Shown: positions 1 to 9,075 of the stretch, piece by piece
How the letters are laid out: every line of letters begins with the position of its first letter
Numbering within the stretch: the first letter of the stretch is position 1
Assembly: GCA_965203265.1 (NCBI GenBank)
Contig: CBDBBV010000002.1
Location: forward strand, 49,299 to 113,298
Direction of reading: 5' to 3'
Length of the DNA: 64,000 bases
Source: Candidatus Poriferihabitaceae bacterium
GTDB lineage: Bacteria; Pseudomonadota; Gammaproteobacteria; Arenicellales; Poriferihabitantaceae
Notes under the pieces: generated by a model
The model's input: the letters and a program-made list of their open reading frames with translations, nothing else
Told to the model about the DNA's origin: nothing
Databases searched by the model: none
Program-made: the position numbers and the translations under genes

Positions 1-1487
1 CGTTGGTGGCGCGTACTTGCACCTGATAGGAAGTACCCGCCGTCAGGCTCGATATGGTTGCCGTGGTGCCGGTCTCGTTCTGCGGGCCGTTGCTCCAGTT
101 GCCGCTGGTGCCGACCCGATAGCGCAGGTCGTAACTGGTGATGGCCGGTTTGCCGGTGTTGGTCGGTGCGCTCCAACTTACGCTCAGGCTGGTGGTCGAT
201 CCTCCGGATACCGTCGGCGCCGAAGGCTTGGCGGGCGGCTCGGCCACATCGGTGAGGGTGATGGTGACCGTCGTGGTGGCGCTGGCGGTGCCGTCGGTTA
301 CCTTGATGGTTACCGAGTAGCTCGCCTTCGCCTCGTGGTCGTAGGTAACGCCATTCTTGGTCGTGATCTGCCGAGTCGAGGCATTGAAATTGAATGAGGA
401 CGCATCGGTGCCCTCCATCGAGTAAGTCAGGGGGTCGCTGTCCGTGTCGGTGGCCGCCGGAATCACGGCGCCGACATTGGTATTCGCTGCCGAGTTCTCG
501 GGCACGCTGCGGGAATACGAGGAGGAGGCGAATGTGGGGGCGTTGTTGGCCGCCGCTCTGGTTATGGTTACCGTGTAGGTTTTCTTGGTGGAATCTTGGG
601 CGGTTACCTCGACCAAAATGGCGTTGGCGCCCGTGGATAGGCTGATGGCGGTGCTCGCCGAGCCGCTGTTCACTGCCGTCAGACTACCGCTCTTGCCGAC
701 CTTGATGGTGGCGGAGGCTTGCGCTCTGGTGGGCGTCAGTTTTACATGGGTGATGGTGTTGGCCACGTTTGCCGAGTAGGCGATGGTGGCGGAGGCGAAG
801 GTGCCGATGGAAAATGCCGTGAAAGTGCCCCCCGAGCTGGTGCTACCGGCGGCGGTCAGGGCGCTCAGATTGGCGTTGTTGGATTGCGTTGCCGCGCTGG
901 TGCTGGCTGTGCCGGGGTCGGACCAGGGGCTGTCTCCCTCGGCGTTGGTGGCGCGTACTCGTACTTGGTAGGATGTGCTCGCCGTCAGGCCGGATATTTC
1001 TGCCGTGGTGGTGGTCTCGTCCTGAGGGCCGTTGTTCCAAGTGCCGCTGGTGCCGGCTCGGTATTGCAGGTCGTAGCTGGTGATGGCCGGTTTGCCGGTG
1101 TTGGTCGGCGCGCTCCACCCCATGTCCAGACTCGTGCTCATGGCGGATATCAAGGACGGTGCTGTGGGTTTGGCGGGCGGTTCGGCCACATCGGTGAGGG
1201 TGATGGTGACCGTCGTGGTGGCGCTGGCGGTGCCGTCGGTTACCTTGATGGTTACCGAGTAGCTCGCCTTCGCCTCGTGGTCGTAGGTAACGCCATTCTT
1301 GGTCGTGATCTGCCGAGTCGAGGCATTGAAATTGAATGAGGACGCATCGGTGCCCTCCATCGAGTAAGTCAGGGGGTCGCTGTCCGTGTCGGTGGCCGCC
1401 GGAATCACGGCGCCGACATTGGTATTCGCCGCCGAGTTCTCGGGCACGCTGCGGGAATACGAGGAAGAGGCGAATGTGGGGGCGTTG
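1..1487. repeat. Tandem repeat with 942-bp period (314 codons) inside the adhesin gene; two copies visible
   Basis: Position 1 aligns with 943. Segments 228-545 and 1170-1487 are almost identical (cadherin module). Segments 1-227 and 943-1169 are more diverged (FN3 module). The same shadow peptide (..GHIGEGDGDRRGGAGGAVGYLDGYRVARLRLVVVGNAILGRDLPSRGIEIE) occurs in track ORFs 17..397 and 719..1339. Confidence 0.9.
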
Positions 1488-1990
1488 TTGGACGACGGCG
1501 CCGTCAGCTGGAAACAGTGCCAGACGAAACCACCACCCTGCCGACCATGAACGACCCCGAACCATTGGCCGACATCGAAGGTGGCGCTGTCGCCCGAACT
1601 TGCTATGTTCTTGCGGATTATGTTCGGAGGGCTATGACTCCTAGAATTACAGTATGCCCAACCGCTTTCAGGAGGGTATTTCTCAGCGGTACGCACTACT
1701 CGAACGTAGGGCTGATTGCCACTCCAGGTTGGCGTGAACTTGATATGGGTGGTGCCGGTAGGATACGTGCCCGTGTAGTTGTTTCGCCCAGTATTGAGGA
1801 ACTCCGGCGAATAGGTGATAGTGGTTTCGGTGCTGTCGGACGCGATGGCCGTTACGGTAATGCCACTGAACATGGCCTGTTGCGCCCCGGCGGGCGCGGC
1901 GGCAAACAGGCAGAGTGCACCAATCAGCGTAACCGGCAACAGCGCGAGACGACGGATGTCCCGTCCGGCGCTCGTTCGGCGGGCGTTCAT
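1..1990 (-). CDS. Large secreted repetitive surface protein/adhesin (signal peptide, cadherin repeats, fibronectin type III domains, cadherin-like beta-sandwich domains). The 3' end runs off the window.
   Basis: Not in the ORF track because it has no stop inside the window. Hand translation of the minus strand from ATG 1990-1988 gives MNARRTSAGRDIRRLALLPVTLIGALCLFAAAPAGAQQA (signal-peptide-like). This is followed by NNAPTFASSSYSRSVPENSAANTNVGAVIPAATDTDSDPLTYSMEGTDASSFNFN..YDHEAKASYSVTIKVTDG..VTITLTDVAEPP (classic cadherin pattern). Next come PAKPTAPS..ITSYDLQYR..ISGLTASTSYQVRVRATNAEGDSPWS (FN3) and NANLSALT..KKTYTVTITR (cadherin-like beta sandwich). The frame was checked at several points and stays open down to position 2. 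Confidence 0.8.
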   Translation of the reverse strand, partial: MNARRTSAGRDIRRLALLPVTLIGALCLFAAAPAGAQQAMFSGITVTAIASDSTETTITYSPEFLNTGRNNYTGTYPTGTTHIKFTPTWSGNQPYVRVVRTAEKYPPESGWAYCNSRSHSPPNIIRKNIASSGDSATFDVGQWFGVVHGRQGGGFVWHCFQLTAPSSNNAPTFASSSYSRSVPENSAANTNVGAVIPAATDTDSDPLTYSMEGTDASSFNFNASTRQITTKNGVTYDHEAKASYSVTIKVTDGTASATTTVTITLTDVAEPPAKPTAPSLISAMSTSLDMGWSAPTNTGKPAITSYDLQYRAGTSGTWNNGPQDETTTTAEISGLTASTSYQVRVRATNAEGDSPWSDPGTASTSAATQSNNANLSALTAAGSTSSGGTFTAFSIGTFASATIAYSANVANTITHVKLTPTRAQASATIKVGKSGSLTAVNSGSASTAISLSTGANAILVEVTAQDSTKKTYTVTITRAAANNAPTFASSSYSRSVPENSAANTNVGAVIPAATDTDSDPLTYSMEGTDASSFNFNASTRQITTKNGVTYDHEAKASYSVTIKVTDGTASATTTVTITLTDVAEPPAKPSAPTVSGGSTTSLSVSWSAPTNTGKPAITSYDLRYRVGTSGNWSNGPQNETGTTATISSLTAGTSYQVQVRATN

Positions 1991-2022
1991 CACGCCCGCC
2001 GTTGAATCAGCCCGCCCGGGAA

Positions 2023-2055
<33 letters not shown>

Positions 2056-2384
2056 AAAGTGTGCGTTTGTGTGTACTTTCACGCCGGTGGTTTGCGGATT
2101 GCGGTGCATGGTCATTTCCCTCGCGGTTGATGGGTTGGTGGCCGGTGAATTGGCAGGCCGGAATGTGTGTATTGGGGCGCATTATATTCCATTCTCGGCG
2201 ATTGGCAAGCCCTAGACGGGTAAATTTGCCGGAAATCACGGATTTTGGCGGAAAAACCGCGAAATCGCGGTTTCGCGGGCGGCGGGACTGCGTATTTCCC
2301 GGCAATTCGCCCGCCGCCGCCTATTGACAGGATGGAATCGATTGTGGCGAAATCCCGCTGCCCGCCGCTCGGCGGGTGTGTTGT

Positions 2385-2600
2385 ATAGGCAGTTCAGGTG
2401 CTCCCACGGGAGTGAAACGGGAAACCGGTGCGCCGCCGCCAGCGAAAATCGAGGCGGGCGCGGCCAATCCGGTACTGCCCCCGCAACGGTAGATGAGACG
2501 CGGTTTGCTCGATGCCACTGTATCCGCACGGATATGGGAAGGCGCAAACCAGCGGTGTTGCTCGCGCAGCAACGGCTCATGAGTCCGGAGACCGGCCTGA
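2385..2600 (+). promoter_or_regulatory. Cobalamin (B12) riboswitch in the btuB leader
   Basis: Conserved riboswitch strings in the expected order: GGGAAACCGGTGCG, CTGCCCCCGCAACGGTAGA, GCCACTGTATCC..GGGAAGGCG, and the B12 box AGTCCGGAGACCGGCC (2582-2597). A closing P1 is possible between AGGC (2387-2390) and GCCT (2595-2598). It sits directly upstream of a TonB-dependent receptor. Confidence 0.85.
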
Positions 2601-2606
2601 TCTTCC

Positions 2607-2644
2607 GCGCGGCCCGTAGGGCGGGTCGCGCCGAACCTCTTTTT
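2607..2644 (+). terminator. Possible riboswitch expression-platform hairpin / attenuator
   Basis: A 10-bp GC stem (2607-2616 pairs with 2622-2631, one G-U) is followed by CGAACCTCTTTTT. The T-run starts 7 nt after the stem, so the terminator call is weak. Confidence 0.3.
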
Positions 2645-2671
2645 GCGCGGGTTGCGCGGGGGAGTTTAATC

Positions 2672-4588
2672 ATGAAACATTCTCATTCTGTTTGGCCGAG
2701 CAAAATCGGCACTTCTGCTGTATTGGCCGTATTCGCGGCTTGTTCCATCCAACCGACTGCGGGGTTTTCTCAGGAATCCGATGTGGATTCCGAGGCTCCT
2801 CTCACCATCCTGATCACCGCCTCCCGCTTCGCCGAAACGGTGGACGAGACGCTGGCGCCGGTCAGCGTGATCGACCGCGAGGTCATCGAGCAACGGCAGG
2901 TTGCCACGGTGGAAGAGGCGTTGCAGGCGGTGCCGGGGATTACTTTGGCGCGTACCGGCGGGGTGGGGAATCAGACCTCGTTGTTTTTGCGCGGCACCGA
3001 GTCGAATCATGTCCTCGTGTTGATTGACGGCGTGAAGGTCGGCTCGCTCACCACCGGCCAGACGCAATTCGAGCATCTGCCGCTGGAGCAGATCGAGAAG
3101 ATCGAGGTGGTGCGCGGGCCGCGTTCGAGTTTGTACGGCTCCGAGGCCATCGGTGGAGTGGTGCAGATTTTCACCCGCCGGAGCGGAGGCGGCAGGGACG
3201 GAAAAGCGCGTCCGCGCCTCGAGTTGGCAGTGGGCAGCGACAATGCCCGCAAGGTGAATGTCGGCGTGAGCGGCGGCGGGGGCAGTAGGAATAGCGGGTG
3301 GTACAACTTGGGCGCGTCCGCCTTTTCCACGGACGGCTACGACACCTGCCTCGCCTCGTGGTGCGCAGCCGAGCGCGACGATGACGGCTATGAGAATACC
3401 GCCATTTCCGTGCGCGGCGGCGGGGCGGCGAGCGAGCGTTTGTCCCTCGAGGGTGCTTTCCTGCAGTCCGACAGCGACACCGAATTCGACGGGTGGTTCA
3501 ACGAATCGGAACATCGAACGCGCACCGGCAGTCTCAAGGCGACTTGGGAGGCGCGCCGGGACTCGAAATGGGGGTGGTCGTTGTTGTTCGGGCGATCCGA
3601 GGACGAACTGGAAAGTTTCGGTGGCGGCGGGGCGAGAAGCAGTTTGATCTCGACCACCCGCGAGCAGATCGATTGGCAGGGCAATTTCGAGCTGAGCGAG
3701 TCCAGCCAACTCATCGCCGGTGTGGATTACGCCAGTGACTTGGTGGTGAGCCGGCCGAGTATGTTGGTCGAGGATGAGCGCGACAACACCGGCGCGTTCG
3801 CCCTGTTGCGCACGGAATTCGGCGGCAACGATATGGAGCTGGCGCTGCGCGATGACGACAATGCGACCACGGGCAGCGTTGCCTGGGGCCGGCAAGTGGG
3901 CGCTGACGGTGGCGGGCGGATTACCGCCTCGTTCGGCACCGCCTTCAAGGAGCCGACTTTCAACGAGCTGTACGCGCCCTCGAGTTCCTTCGGCACGACC
4001 ACCTATCGCAGCAATCCCGAACTGGATCCGGAGACCTCGCGGAGCATCGATGTGGGCTATTCCCACAGCAGCAGCGGTGGGCGCGGCAAATGGGCGGTCA
4101 ATGTCTATCAGACGAAAATCCGCGACTTGATTGCCAATCGCCAATTCGGAAATATCAATCTACCGGTGAATATCGACGAGGCGCGCATAGTCGGAGTCGA
4201 GTGGAGCGGCTCGGTAAGCGTGGAGCAGTGGGATGTGGCCGCCGCCCTCACTTGGCAGGACGCGCAGGATCGCAGCACGGCGCGGCGCGGCGAATCGTTG
4301 CTGCGGCGTCCCCGGCAGATTCTCGACCTCGATGTCAGCCGGCGCATCGGTGCCCACCGCGTGGGGGCGAATGTGTACGCCAAGAGCGAGAGCGAGGATG
4401 TCGGTGGGGTCGATCTGCCCGGCTTCGCCCGAGTGGGCGTGCGCGGGGAAATGCGCGTGGCGGCGGATTGGACCCTCGGCCTGAAGATCGACAACCTGTT
4501 CGACAAGGACTACGAGACCGTGGCCAACTATCCGCAGGACGGGCTCAACTTCATGGCCACCTTGCGCTACGCGCCGCGCGGGCGCTGA
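2672..4588 (+). CDS. btuB: TonB-dependent outer-membrane vitamin B12 receptor
   Basis: In-frame ATG at 2672 inside track ORF 2324..4588 gives MKHSHSVWPSKIGTSAVLAVFAAC (signal peptide). The plug-domain pattern is ILITASRFAETVDETLAPVSVIDREVIEQRQ..LFLRGTESNHVLVLIDGVK. The C-terminal TonB-box-dependent barrel ends ..NFMATLRYAPRGR. It is preceded by the B12 riboswitch. Confidence 0.9.
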   Translation: MKHSHSVWPSKIGTSAVLAVFAACSIQPTAGFSQESDVDSEAPLTILITASRFAETVDETLAPVSVIDREVIEQRQVATVEEALQAVPGITLARTGGVGNQTSLFLRGTESNHVLVLIDGVKVGSLTTGQTQFEHLPLEQIEKIEVVRGPRSSLYGSEAIGGVVQIFTRRSGGGRDGKARPRLELAVGSDNARKVNVGVSGGGGSRNSGWYNLGASAFSTDGYDTCLASWCAAERDDDGYENTAISVRGGGAASERLSLEGAFLQSDSDTEFDGWFNESEHRTRTGSLKATWEARRDSKWGWSLLFGRSEDELESFGGGGARSSLISTTREQIDWQGNFELSESSQLIAGVDYASDLVVSRPSMLVEDERDNTGAFALLRTEFGGNDMELALRDDDNATTGSVAWGRQVGADGGGRITASFGTAFKEPTFNELYAPSSSFGTTTYRSNPELDPETSRSIDVGYSHSSSGGRGKWAVNVYQTKIRDLIANRQFGNINLPVNIDEARIVGVEWSGSVSVEQWDVAAALTWQDAQDRSTARRGESLLRRPRQILDLDVSRRIGAHRVGANVYAKSESEDVGGVDLPGFARVGVRGEMRVAADWTLGLKIDNLFDKDYETVANYPQDGLNFMATLRYAPRGR

Positions 4589-4599
4589 GGCGCTAGGCG

Positions 4600-5547
4600 A
4601 TGAAGCGGCGGACGGGGGCGGCGCTGGCGCTGATTGCGGCGCTGGTTGCCGCGCCCGTTTCCGTTCCGGTGTCGGCGCAGATCAGCGTCATAGACGACTT
4701 CGGGCGAACCGTTACCCTGCTGAAACCGGCGCAGCGCATACTCAGCCTGTCGCCGCACAACACCGAGAATCTGTTTTCCGCCGGTGCGGGCGACAAGATA
4801 GTCGGGGTGTCCGAGCACAGCGACTATCCGCCGCAGGCGCAGGGAATTCCCTCGGTGGGCGGCAGTTACGCTTCCATCAATTTGGAGGCGGTGATCGATC
4901 TGGCGCCGGATTTGGTGGTGGCGTGGGAAACCGCGGGCAATCGGGCGTCTCTCGGCAAGATTGCCCAGCTGGGTTTTCCGGTGTATTACTCCGAGCCGCG
5001 AAATTTCGCCGACATCATCGAGAACATCGAGGAGCTGGCACTGCTCGCCGCCAGCGCTGAGCGGATGAATCCGCCCGCCGCCGAACTGCGCGCCGAGCTG
5101 GCGCGGCTGCGCGAGCGCTACGCCAACGAGGCCGTGCAGACGGTGTTCTATCAGATCTCGGCGACGCCGCTGATGACCTTGAACGGCGAGCACGCTCTCA
5201 GCCGCGCGCTGGAATTGTGCGGCGCGCGCAACGCCTTCGCCCACCTGCCCATCATCGCGCCGCAGGTGGGCGTGGAATCGGTGTTGCAGGCGAATCCGGA
5301 CATCATCGTCATCGGCGCGCGCGATGGTGGCGGCGGCGGCGGCGCGGCGGATGTGGCCTTGTGGCGCAAGTGGACTTCGCTGAAGGCGGTGCAGGGCGAT
5401 GGTTTCGTGTTTGTCGATGCCGATTCGATGCACCGCAACACCGCCCGCATGATCCTCGGCATTGGCGAGCTGTGCGAAGGGATCGATCGGGTGCGGCGCG
5501 CGCACGATGGCGTTGGCAACTTAGCCGCGCAATCGGGGGATGAGTAG
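4600..5547 (+). CDS. btuF: Periplasmic cobalamin-binding protein of ABC importer (BtuF-like)
   Basis: Signal peptide MKRRTGAALALIAALVAAPVSVPVSAQ. The stretch RILSLSPHNTENLFSAGAGDKIVGVSEHSDYPPQAQ matches the remembered E. coli BtuF region (..LSPANTELAFAAG..SDYPPQAQ). It lies 12 nt after btuB. Confidence 0.8.
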   Translation: MKRRTGAALALIAALVAAPVSVPVSAQISVIDDFGRTVTLLKPAQRILSLSPHNTENLFSAGAGDKIVGVSEHSDYPPQAQGIPSVGGSYASINLEAVIDLAPDLVVAWETAGNRASLGKIAQLGFPVYYSEPRNFADIIENIEELALLAASAERMNPPAAELRAELARLRERYANEAVQTVFYQISATPLMTLNGEHALSRALELCGARNAFAHLPIIAPQVGVESVLQANPDIIVIGARDGGGGGGAADVALWRKWTSLKAVQGDGFVFVDADSMHRNTARMILGIGELCEGIDRVRRAHDGVGNLAAQSGDE

Positions 5548-6336
5548 CGGCACGGCGGGGTTGTCGGGATGGGGGCGGATGGATACGGCCAGATCGAATA
5601 CCTCGCGGATGGCCGCCTCGGTGAACACGGCGGCGGGGGCGCCGTCCGCCACCAGCACGCCGTTTTTCAGGACGAGGACGCGATCGGCGAATTGGGTGAC
5701 CAAGTTGAGGTCGTGGAGGGCGCAGATGATGCCGATTTTTTCCTCGGCGGCGAGGCGTTTCAAGACTTCCAGCAGAGTGTGGCGGTGGCTCAGATCGAGA
5801 GCGGATACCGGTTCGTCCAGCAGTAGGTAGCGTTCTTTCGCCGGTGCCGGTGCCGCCGCCGCCGCCGTTGCTGGGTTGTCCCATATCTGCGCCAGCACCC
5901 GCGCGGCCTGCACGCGCTGTTGCTCGCCGCCGGACAGGTTGGTGTAGGCGCGCTCGGCCAGCTGCGCGCAATCGCACAATTCGAGCACCTGCGCGGCCAC
6001 GGCGCGGTTGTGCGCATCGCTGCTGCGGTGAGGCATCCGCCCCATCAACACCACATCGGTTACGCTGAACGGGAAATCCAGAGTGGAGCGCTGCGGCAGC
6101 ACCGCGCGGGCGCGGGCCAGTTCGTTGCGCGGCCAGTGTTGTAGGGGGCGGCGCGTCAGCTCGATATATCCGTGGGTGGGGGCGAGTTCGCCGTTCAGGC
6201 AGCGCAACAGGGTGGTTTTACCGGCGCCGTTGGGACCGACCACCATGACCACTTCGCCGGGCGCGAATTGCGCATTCACATCGCCAAGCAATTCGCGCGC
6301 GCCGATGCGCACCGAGAGGCCGCGCGCCGTCAGCAT
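5521..6336 (-). CDS. ABC importer ATP-binding protein, BtuD/HmuV class
   Basis: Only the C-terminal 271 codons of track ORF 5521..7296 are credible: MLTARGLSVRIGARELL..GPNGAGKTTLL (Walker A), LSGGEQQRVQAARVLAQ (signature), LLLDEPVSALD (Walker B). The start ATG 6336-6334 overlaps the permease stop (ATGCTGA). The sequence looks more HmuV-like than E. coli BtuD, so the substrate (B12 vs heme) is unresolved. Confidence 0.85.
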   Translation of the reverse strand: MLTARGLSVRIGARELLGDVNAQFAPGEVVMVVGPNGAGKTTLLRCLNGELAPTHGYIELTRRPLQHWPRNELARARAVLPQRSTLDFPFSVTDVVLMGRMPHRSSDAHNRAVAAQVLELCDCAQLAERAYTNLSGGEQQRVQAARVLAQIWDNPATAAAAAPAPAKERYLLLDEPVSALDLSHRHTLLEVLKRLAAEEKIGIICALHDLNLVTQFADRVLVLKNGVLVADGAPAAVFTEAAIREVFDLAVSIRPHPDNPAVPLLIPRLRG

Positions 6337-7406
6337 TGGCCGAGGGCGCGGGCGCGGTTGAATCTCACCAGCAACCACAGGAAGAAGGGGCCGCCGAGAA
6401 TGGCGGTGATGATGCCGATGGGGATTTCCGCCGGCGCCGCCACCACGCGCGCGACCACATCCGCCCCGACCAGCAGGGCGGCGCCGAACAGCGCCGAGGC
6501 CGGCAGCAACAGGCGGTGGTCGGGGCCGGTGAGGATTCGCATCAGGTGCGGCACCACCAAGCCGATGAAGCCGATTATGCCGCTCACGCTGACGGCAATG
6601 CCGACCACCAGCGCCACCAGCACGATCAACCGCCGTTTCACCTTTTCCATTTCGATGCCGAGGTGGGCGGCCTCGCTTTCCCCCAGCAGATTGGCGTTGA
6701 GGGCGTTGGCGTATCTCGGCAGCAGCAACAGCGCGGGCGAGATGACGGCCAGCGCCACCAGCAATTTGTTCCAGTCGGTGATGGCCAGATTGCCGAGGCT
6801 CCAGAAGATGAGATCGCGCAGTTGGGTGTCGCTGGCGATGTAGCTGAGCAGGCCGATGAGGGCGCCGGTGATGGCGTTGATGGCGATGCCCGCCAGCAGC
6901 ATGGTGGCGATGTCGGTTTTGCCGCCCACGCGCGATAGGCGGTGCACCACGAACAAACTGACGAGGCCGCCGCCGAAGGCCAGAGCCGGCAGCAGCCAGA
7001 CGCCCAGATAGCGCGCCAGCCCACTGCCCAACACGATGGACAACACCGCCCCGAGCGCGGCGCCGGAGGAAACGCCGAGCAGCCCCGGATCGGCCATGGG
7101 ATTGCGAAACAAGCCCTGCATGACGGCACCGCAGATGGCCAGCCCGGCGCCGACCACGAGGCCGAGGAGTAGTCGCGGTATGCGGATTTCGGCGAGGATC
7201 ATCACCAGTTGGTCGTCCGTGCCTGCCGCCGCTACCGCCGAGCGCGGGGAGAGGATCGCCGCGAAGGCATCGGGCAGGCGCGTGGCCACCGCCCACAAGC
7301 CGCTGGAGATTACCCCGCTGGCGAGTGAACAGGCGGCTATCGCCAGAACAAGCACGGCGAGCAGGGCGAGGGTGGCGCGGCGGCGGTTGCGGGAGTAGTT
7401 GGGCAC
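6330..7406 (-). CDS. FecCD-family ABC importer permease (BtuC/HmuU-like)
   Basis: 358-aa multi-pass hydrophobic ORF with a GTG start. It has typical FecCD features (..LLAGIAINAITGALIGLL.., C-terminal ..ITAILGGPFFLWLLVR). It is translationally coupled to the ATPase gene. Confidence 0.85.
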   Translation of the reverse strand: MPNYSRNRRRATLALLAVLVLAIAACSLASGVISSGLWAVATRLPDAFAAILSPRSAVAAAGTDDQLVMILAEIRIPRLLLGLVVGAGLAICGAVMQGLFRNPMADPGLLGVSSGAALGAVLSIVLGSGLARYLGVWLLPALAFGGGLVSLFVVHRLSRVGGKTDIATMLLAGIAINAITGALIGLLSYIASDTQLRDLIFWSLGNLAITDWNKLLVALAVISPALLLLPRYANALNANLLGESEAAHLGIEMEKVKRRLIVLVALVVGIAVSVSGIIGFIGLVVPHLMRILTGPDHRLLLPASALFGAALLVGADVVARVVAAPAEIPIGIITAILGGPFFLWLLVRFNRARALGQC

Positions 7407-7606
7407 GGGTGGATCGGTAAAACGCCGGTAGATGGTGGGTAAATGGCCGGTAAATTGCCGATTATCCCCGATTATCGCGGGTTGGCGCGCGGGAAATCAC
7501 CACAATCGCCAGAGTCGTCGGTGTCGCCGGTGTCAGGCGGATGGGATGGCGGCATCCCCGTCCCGATATTGGGCGCGGCCGGCGCCGGAGAATTCAAGAT
7601 AAAAGG

Positions 7607-7691
7607 TGGTGCCGAAGGCGGGACTCGAACCCGCACGGATCGCTCCACTGCCCCCTCAAGACAGCGTGTCTACCAGTTCCACCACTTCGGC
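7607..7691 (-). tRNA. tRNA-Leu(GAG), class II with long variable arm
   Basis: The reverse complement reads GCCGAAGTGGTGGAACTGGTAGACACGCTGTCTTGAGGGGGCAGTGGAGCGATCCGTGCGGGTTCGAGTCCCGCCTTCGGCACCA. The acceptor stem is 7/7 paired, the anticodon loop is TTGAGGG, and CCA is encoded. It lies downstream of secG, as leuU does in E. coli. Confidence 0.9.
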
Positions 7692-7716
7692 AGGGTGTTG
7701 TCGCCAAGTTATCGCG

Positions 7717-8091
7717 TTATTCCGGCACCGCCGGTACATCGGATTCCTCGACCACCGAGTCCGCCGAGTCCGCATCGTCCGGCGGCGGCGGGGTATCGGC
7801 TTCGGTGGTAGCCACATCGATTACCGAATCTCCGGCGGTCAGGCTGATGGATTCGCTCTGGCGGGTATAGATGTACGCCAGCGACAAACTGATCAGGAAG
7901 AACACCGTTACCAGCGTGGAGGTGGCGCGGCTGAGGAAATTGGCCGAGCCGCGCGCGCCGAACAGAGACTGGGAGGAGCCGCCGCCGAATGCGGCGCCCA
8001 TATCCGAGCCCTTGCCCTGTTGCAGTAGCACCAGTATGACGATGGCGAGCGCGATGATCAGTTGTATGACGAGTAGGATGTTGGTCAGCAT
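7717..8091 (-). CDS. secG: Preprotein translocase subunit SecG
   Basis: MLTNILLVIQLIIALAIVILVLLQQGKGSDMGAAFGGGSSQSLFGARGSANFLSR is the canonical SecG N-terminal two-TM pattern. The acidic/proline-rich tail is extra. Confidence 0.9.
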   Translation of the reverse strand: MLTNILLVIQLIIALAIVILVLLQQGKGSDMGAAFGGGSSQSLFGARGSANFLSRATSTLVTVFFLISLSLAYIYTRQSESISLTAGDSVIDVATTEADTPPPPDDADSADSVVEESDVPAVPE

Positions 8092-8978
8092 TGGGCAGTT
8101 ACACGGGTTTCGGTTGATTGCGATTCAGGGGCGGCGGCTGCGGCCGCGGCGGCTTGGCAGATGGCGAGAAAATCCGCCGGATTCAAGGCGGCGCCGCCAA
8201 TCAGCCCGCCGTCTATGTCGGGTTGGGCGAGCAATTCCGCCGCGTTTTGTGGCTTCATGCTACCGCCGTAGAGTATGCGGCATTGCCCGGCGGCGTGCGC
8301 GTCCCGCTCGGCGAGGCGGGCGCGGATGAATCCGTGCACTTGTTGCGCTTGAGCCGGCGTGGCGGTGGCGCCGGTGCCGATGGCCCATACCGGTTCGTAG
8401 GCGATGATCGATTCGGCGAAGGCGGCGGCGCCCCCGTCGACTGAGTCGAGTATCGCCGCCAGCTGCCTACCGACCACTTCTTCGGTGGTGCCGGCTTGCC
8501 GCTCGGCCAGCGTTTCGCCGAGGCAGACGATGGCGTTGAGGCCGGCGGTCAGGGCAGTTCGGGTTTTGCGCGCCGTCAATTCAGAGGTTTCCCCGTAGAG
8601 GGTGCGCCGTTCGGAATGGCCGATGATGACATGGCGGCAGCCGGAGTCGGCGATCATGGCGGCGGAAATCTGGCCGGTGAAGGCGCCGTTTTCGTTGGCG
8701 TCCACATCCTGCGCGCCGACGCCGATGGGGGTGTCGGCGAGGGCGTCGACCACCGGCGGGATGAGTATGTGCGGCGGGCACAGTAGGATTTCGACCTCGC
8801 CGACATCGCCGACATCGCCGATTTGTTCAACCCCGCGCGCAATATCGGCGCACAGGGATTTTGCCATTGCGCGGTCGCCGTTCATCTTCCAGTTTCCCGC
8901 TACCAGAGGGCGTCTTACCGGATTGTGCGAAATGGAATTCAAGATCGAAAATGATGGGTAGCGGCGCGGGGTTCGCAT
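8085..8978 (-). CDS. tpiA: Triosephosphate isomerase
   Basis: Contains RRPLVAGNWKMNG, IIGHSERR and the AYEPVWAIGTG hallmarks. Track ORF 8085..9287 is over-extended. The first plausible ATG is 8978, but the true start may be further downstream (a TTG 12 codons before RRPLVAGNWKMNG is possible). Confidence 0.85.
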   Translation of the reverse strand: MRTPRRYPSFSILNSISHNPVRRPLVAGNWKMNGDRAMAKSLCADIARGVEQIGDVGDVGEVEILLCPPHILIPPVVDALADTPIGVGAQDVDANENGAFTGQISAAMIADSGCRHVIIGHSERRTLYGETSELTARKTRTALTAGLNAIVCLGETLAERQAGTTEEVVGRQLAAILDSVDGGAAAFAESIIAYEPVWAIGTGATATPAQAQQVHGFIRARLAERDAHAAGQCRILYGGSMKPQNAAELLAQPDIDGGLIGGAALNPADFLAICQAAAAAAAAPESQSTETRVTAQC

Positions 8979-9075
8979 TGCAATCTGCAACTCGCTCCGG
9001 CCTGTTGGAAAGGGGCCGGATGGTAACCCTTCGCACCGGCGAAAAGCAATGCGGCGGGGTGTTTGCGGGCGGCGG

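Noticed and set aside
5521-7296. 591-aa minus-strand ORF suggesting a fused permease-ATPase
   Set aside because: The N-terminal 320 residues are an out-of-frame, Arg/Pro/Gly-rich shadow of the permease gene. The real ATPase starts at 6336, with an ATGCTGA overlap to the permease ORF 6330..7406.
7407-7606. Possible second cobalamin riboswitch upstream of the ABC permease/ATPase genes (minus strand)
   Set aside because: Reading the reverse complement, I found no B12 box (AGYCMGGAGACCKGCC-like), no GCCACTG and no GGGAA..GGTG core. Only a CCGGCGCCGG palindrome is present near the tRNA-Leu 3' end.
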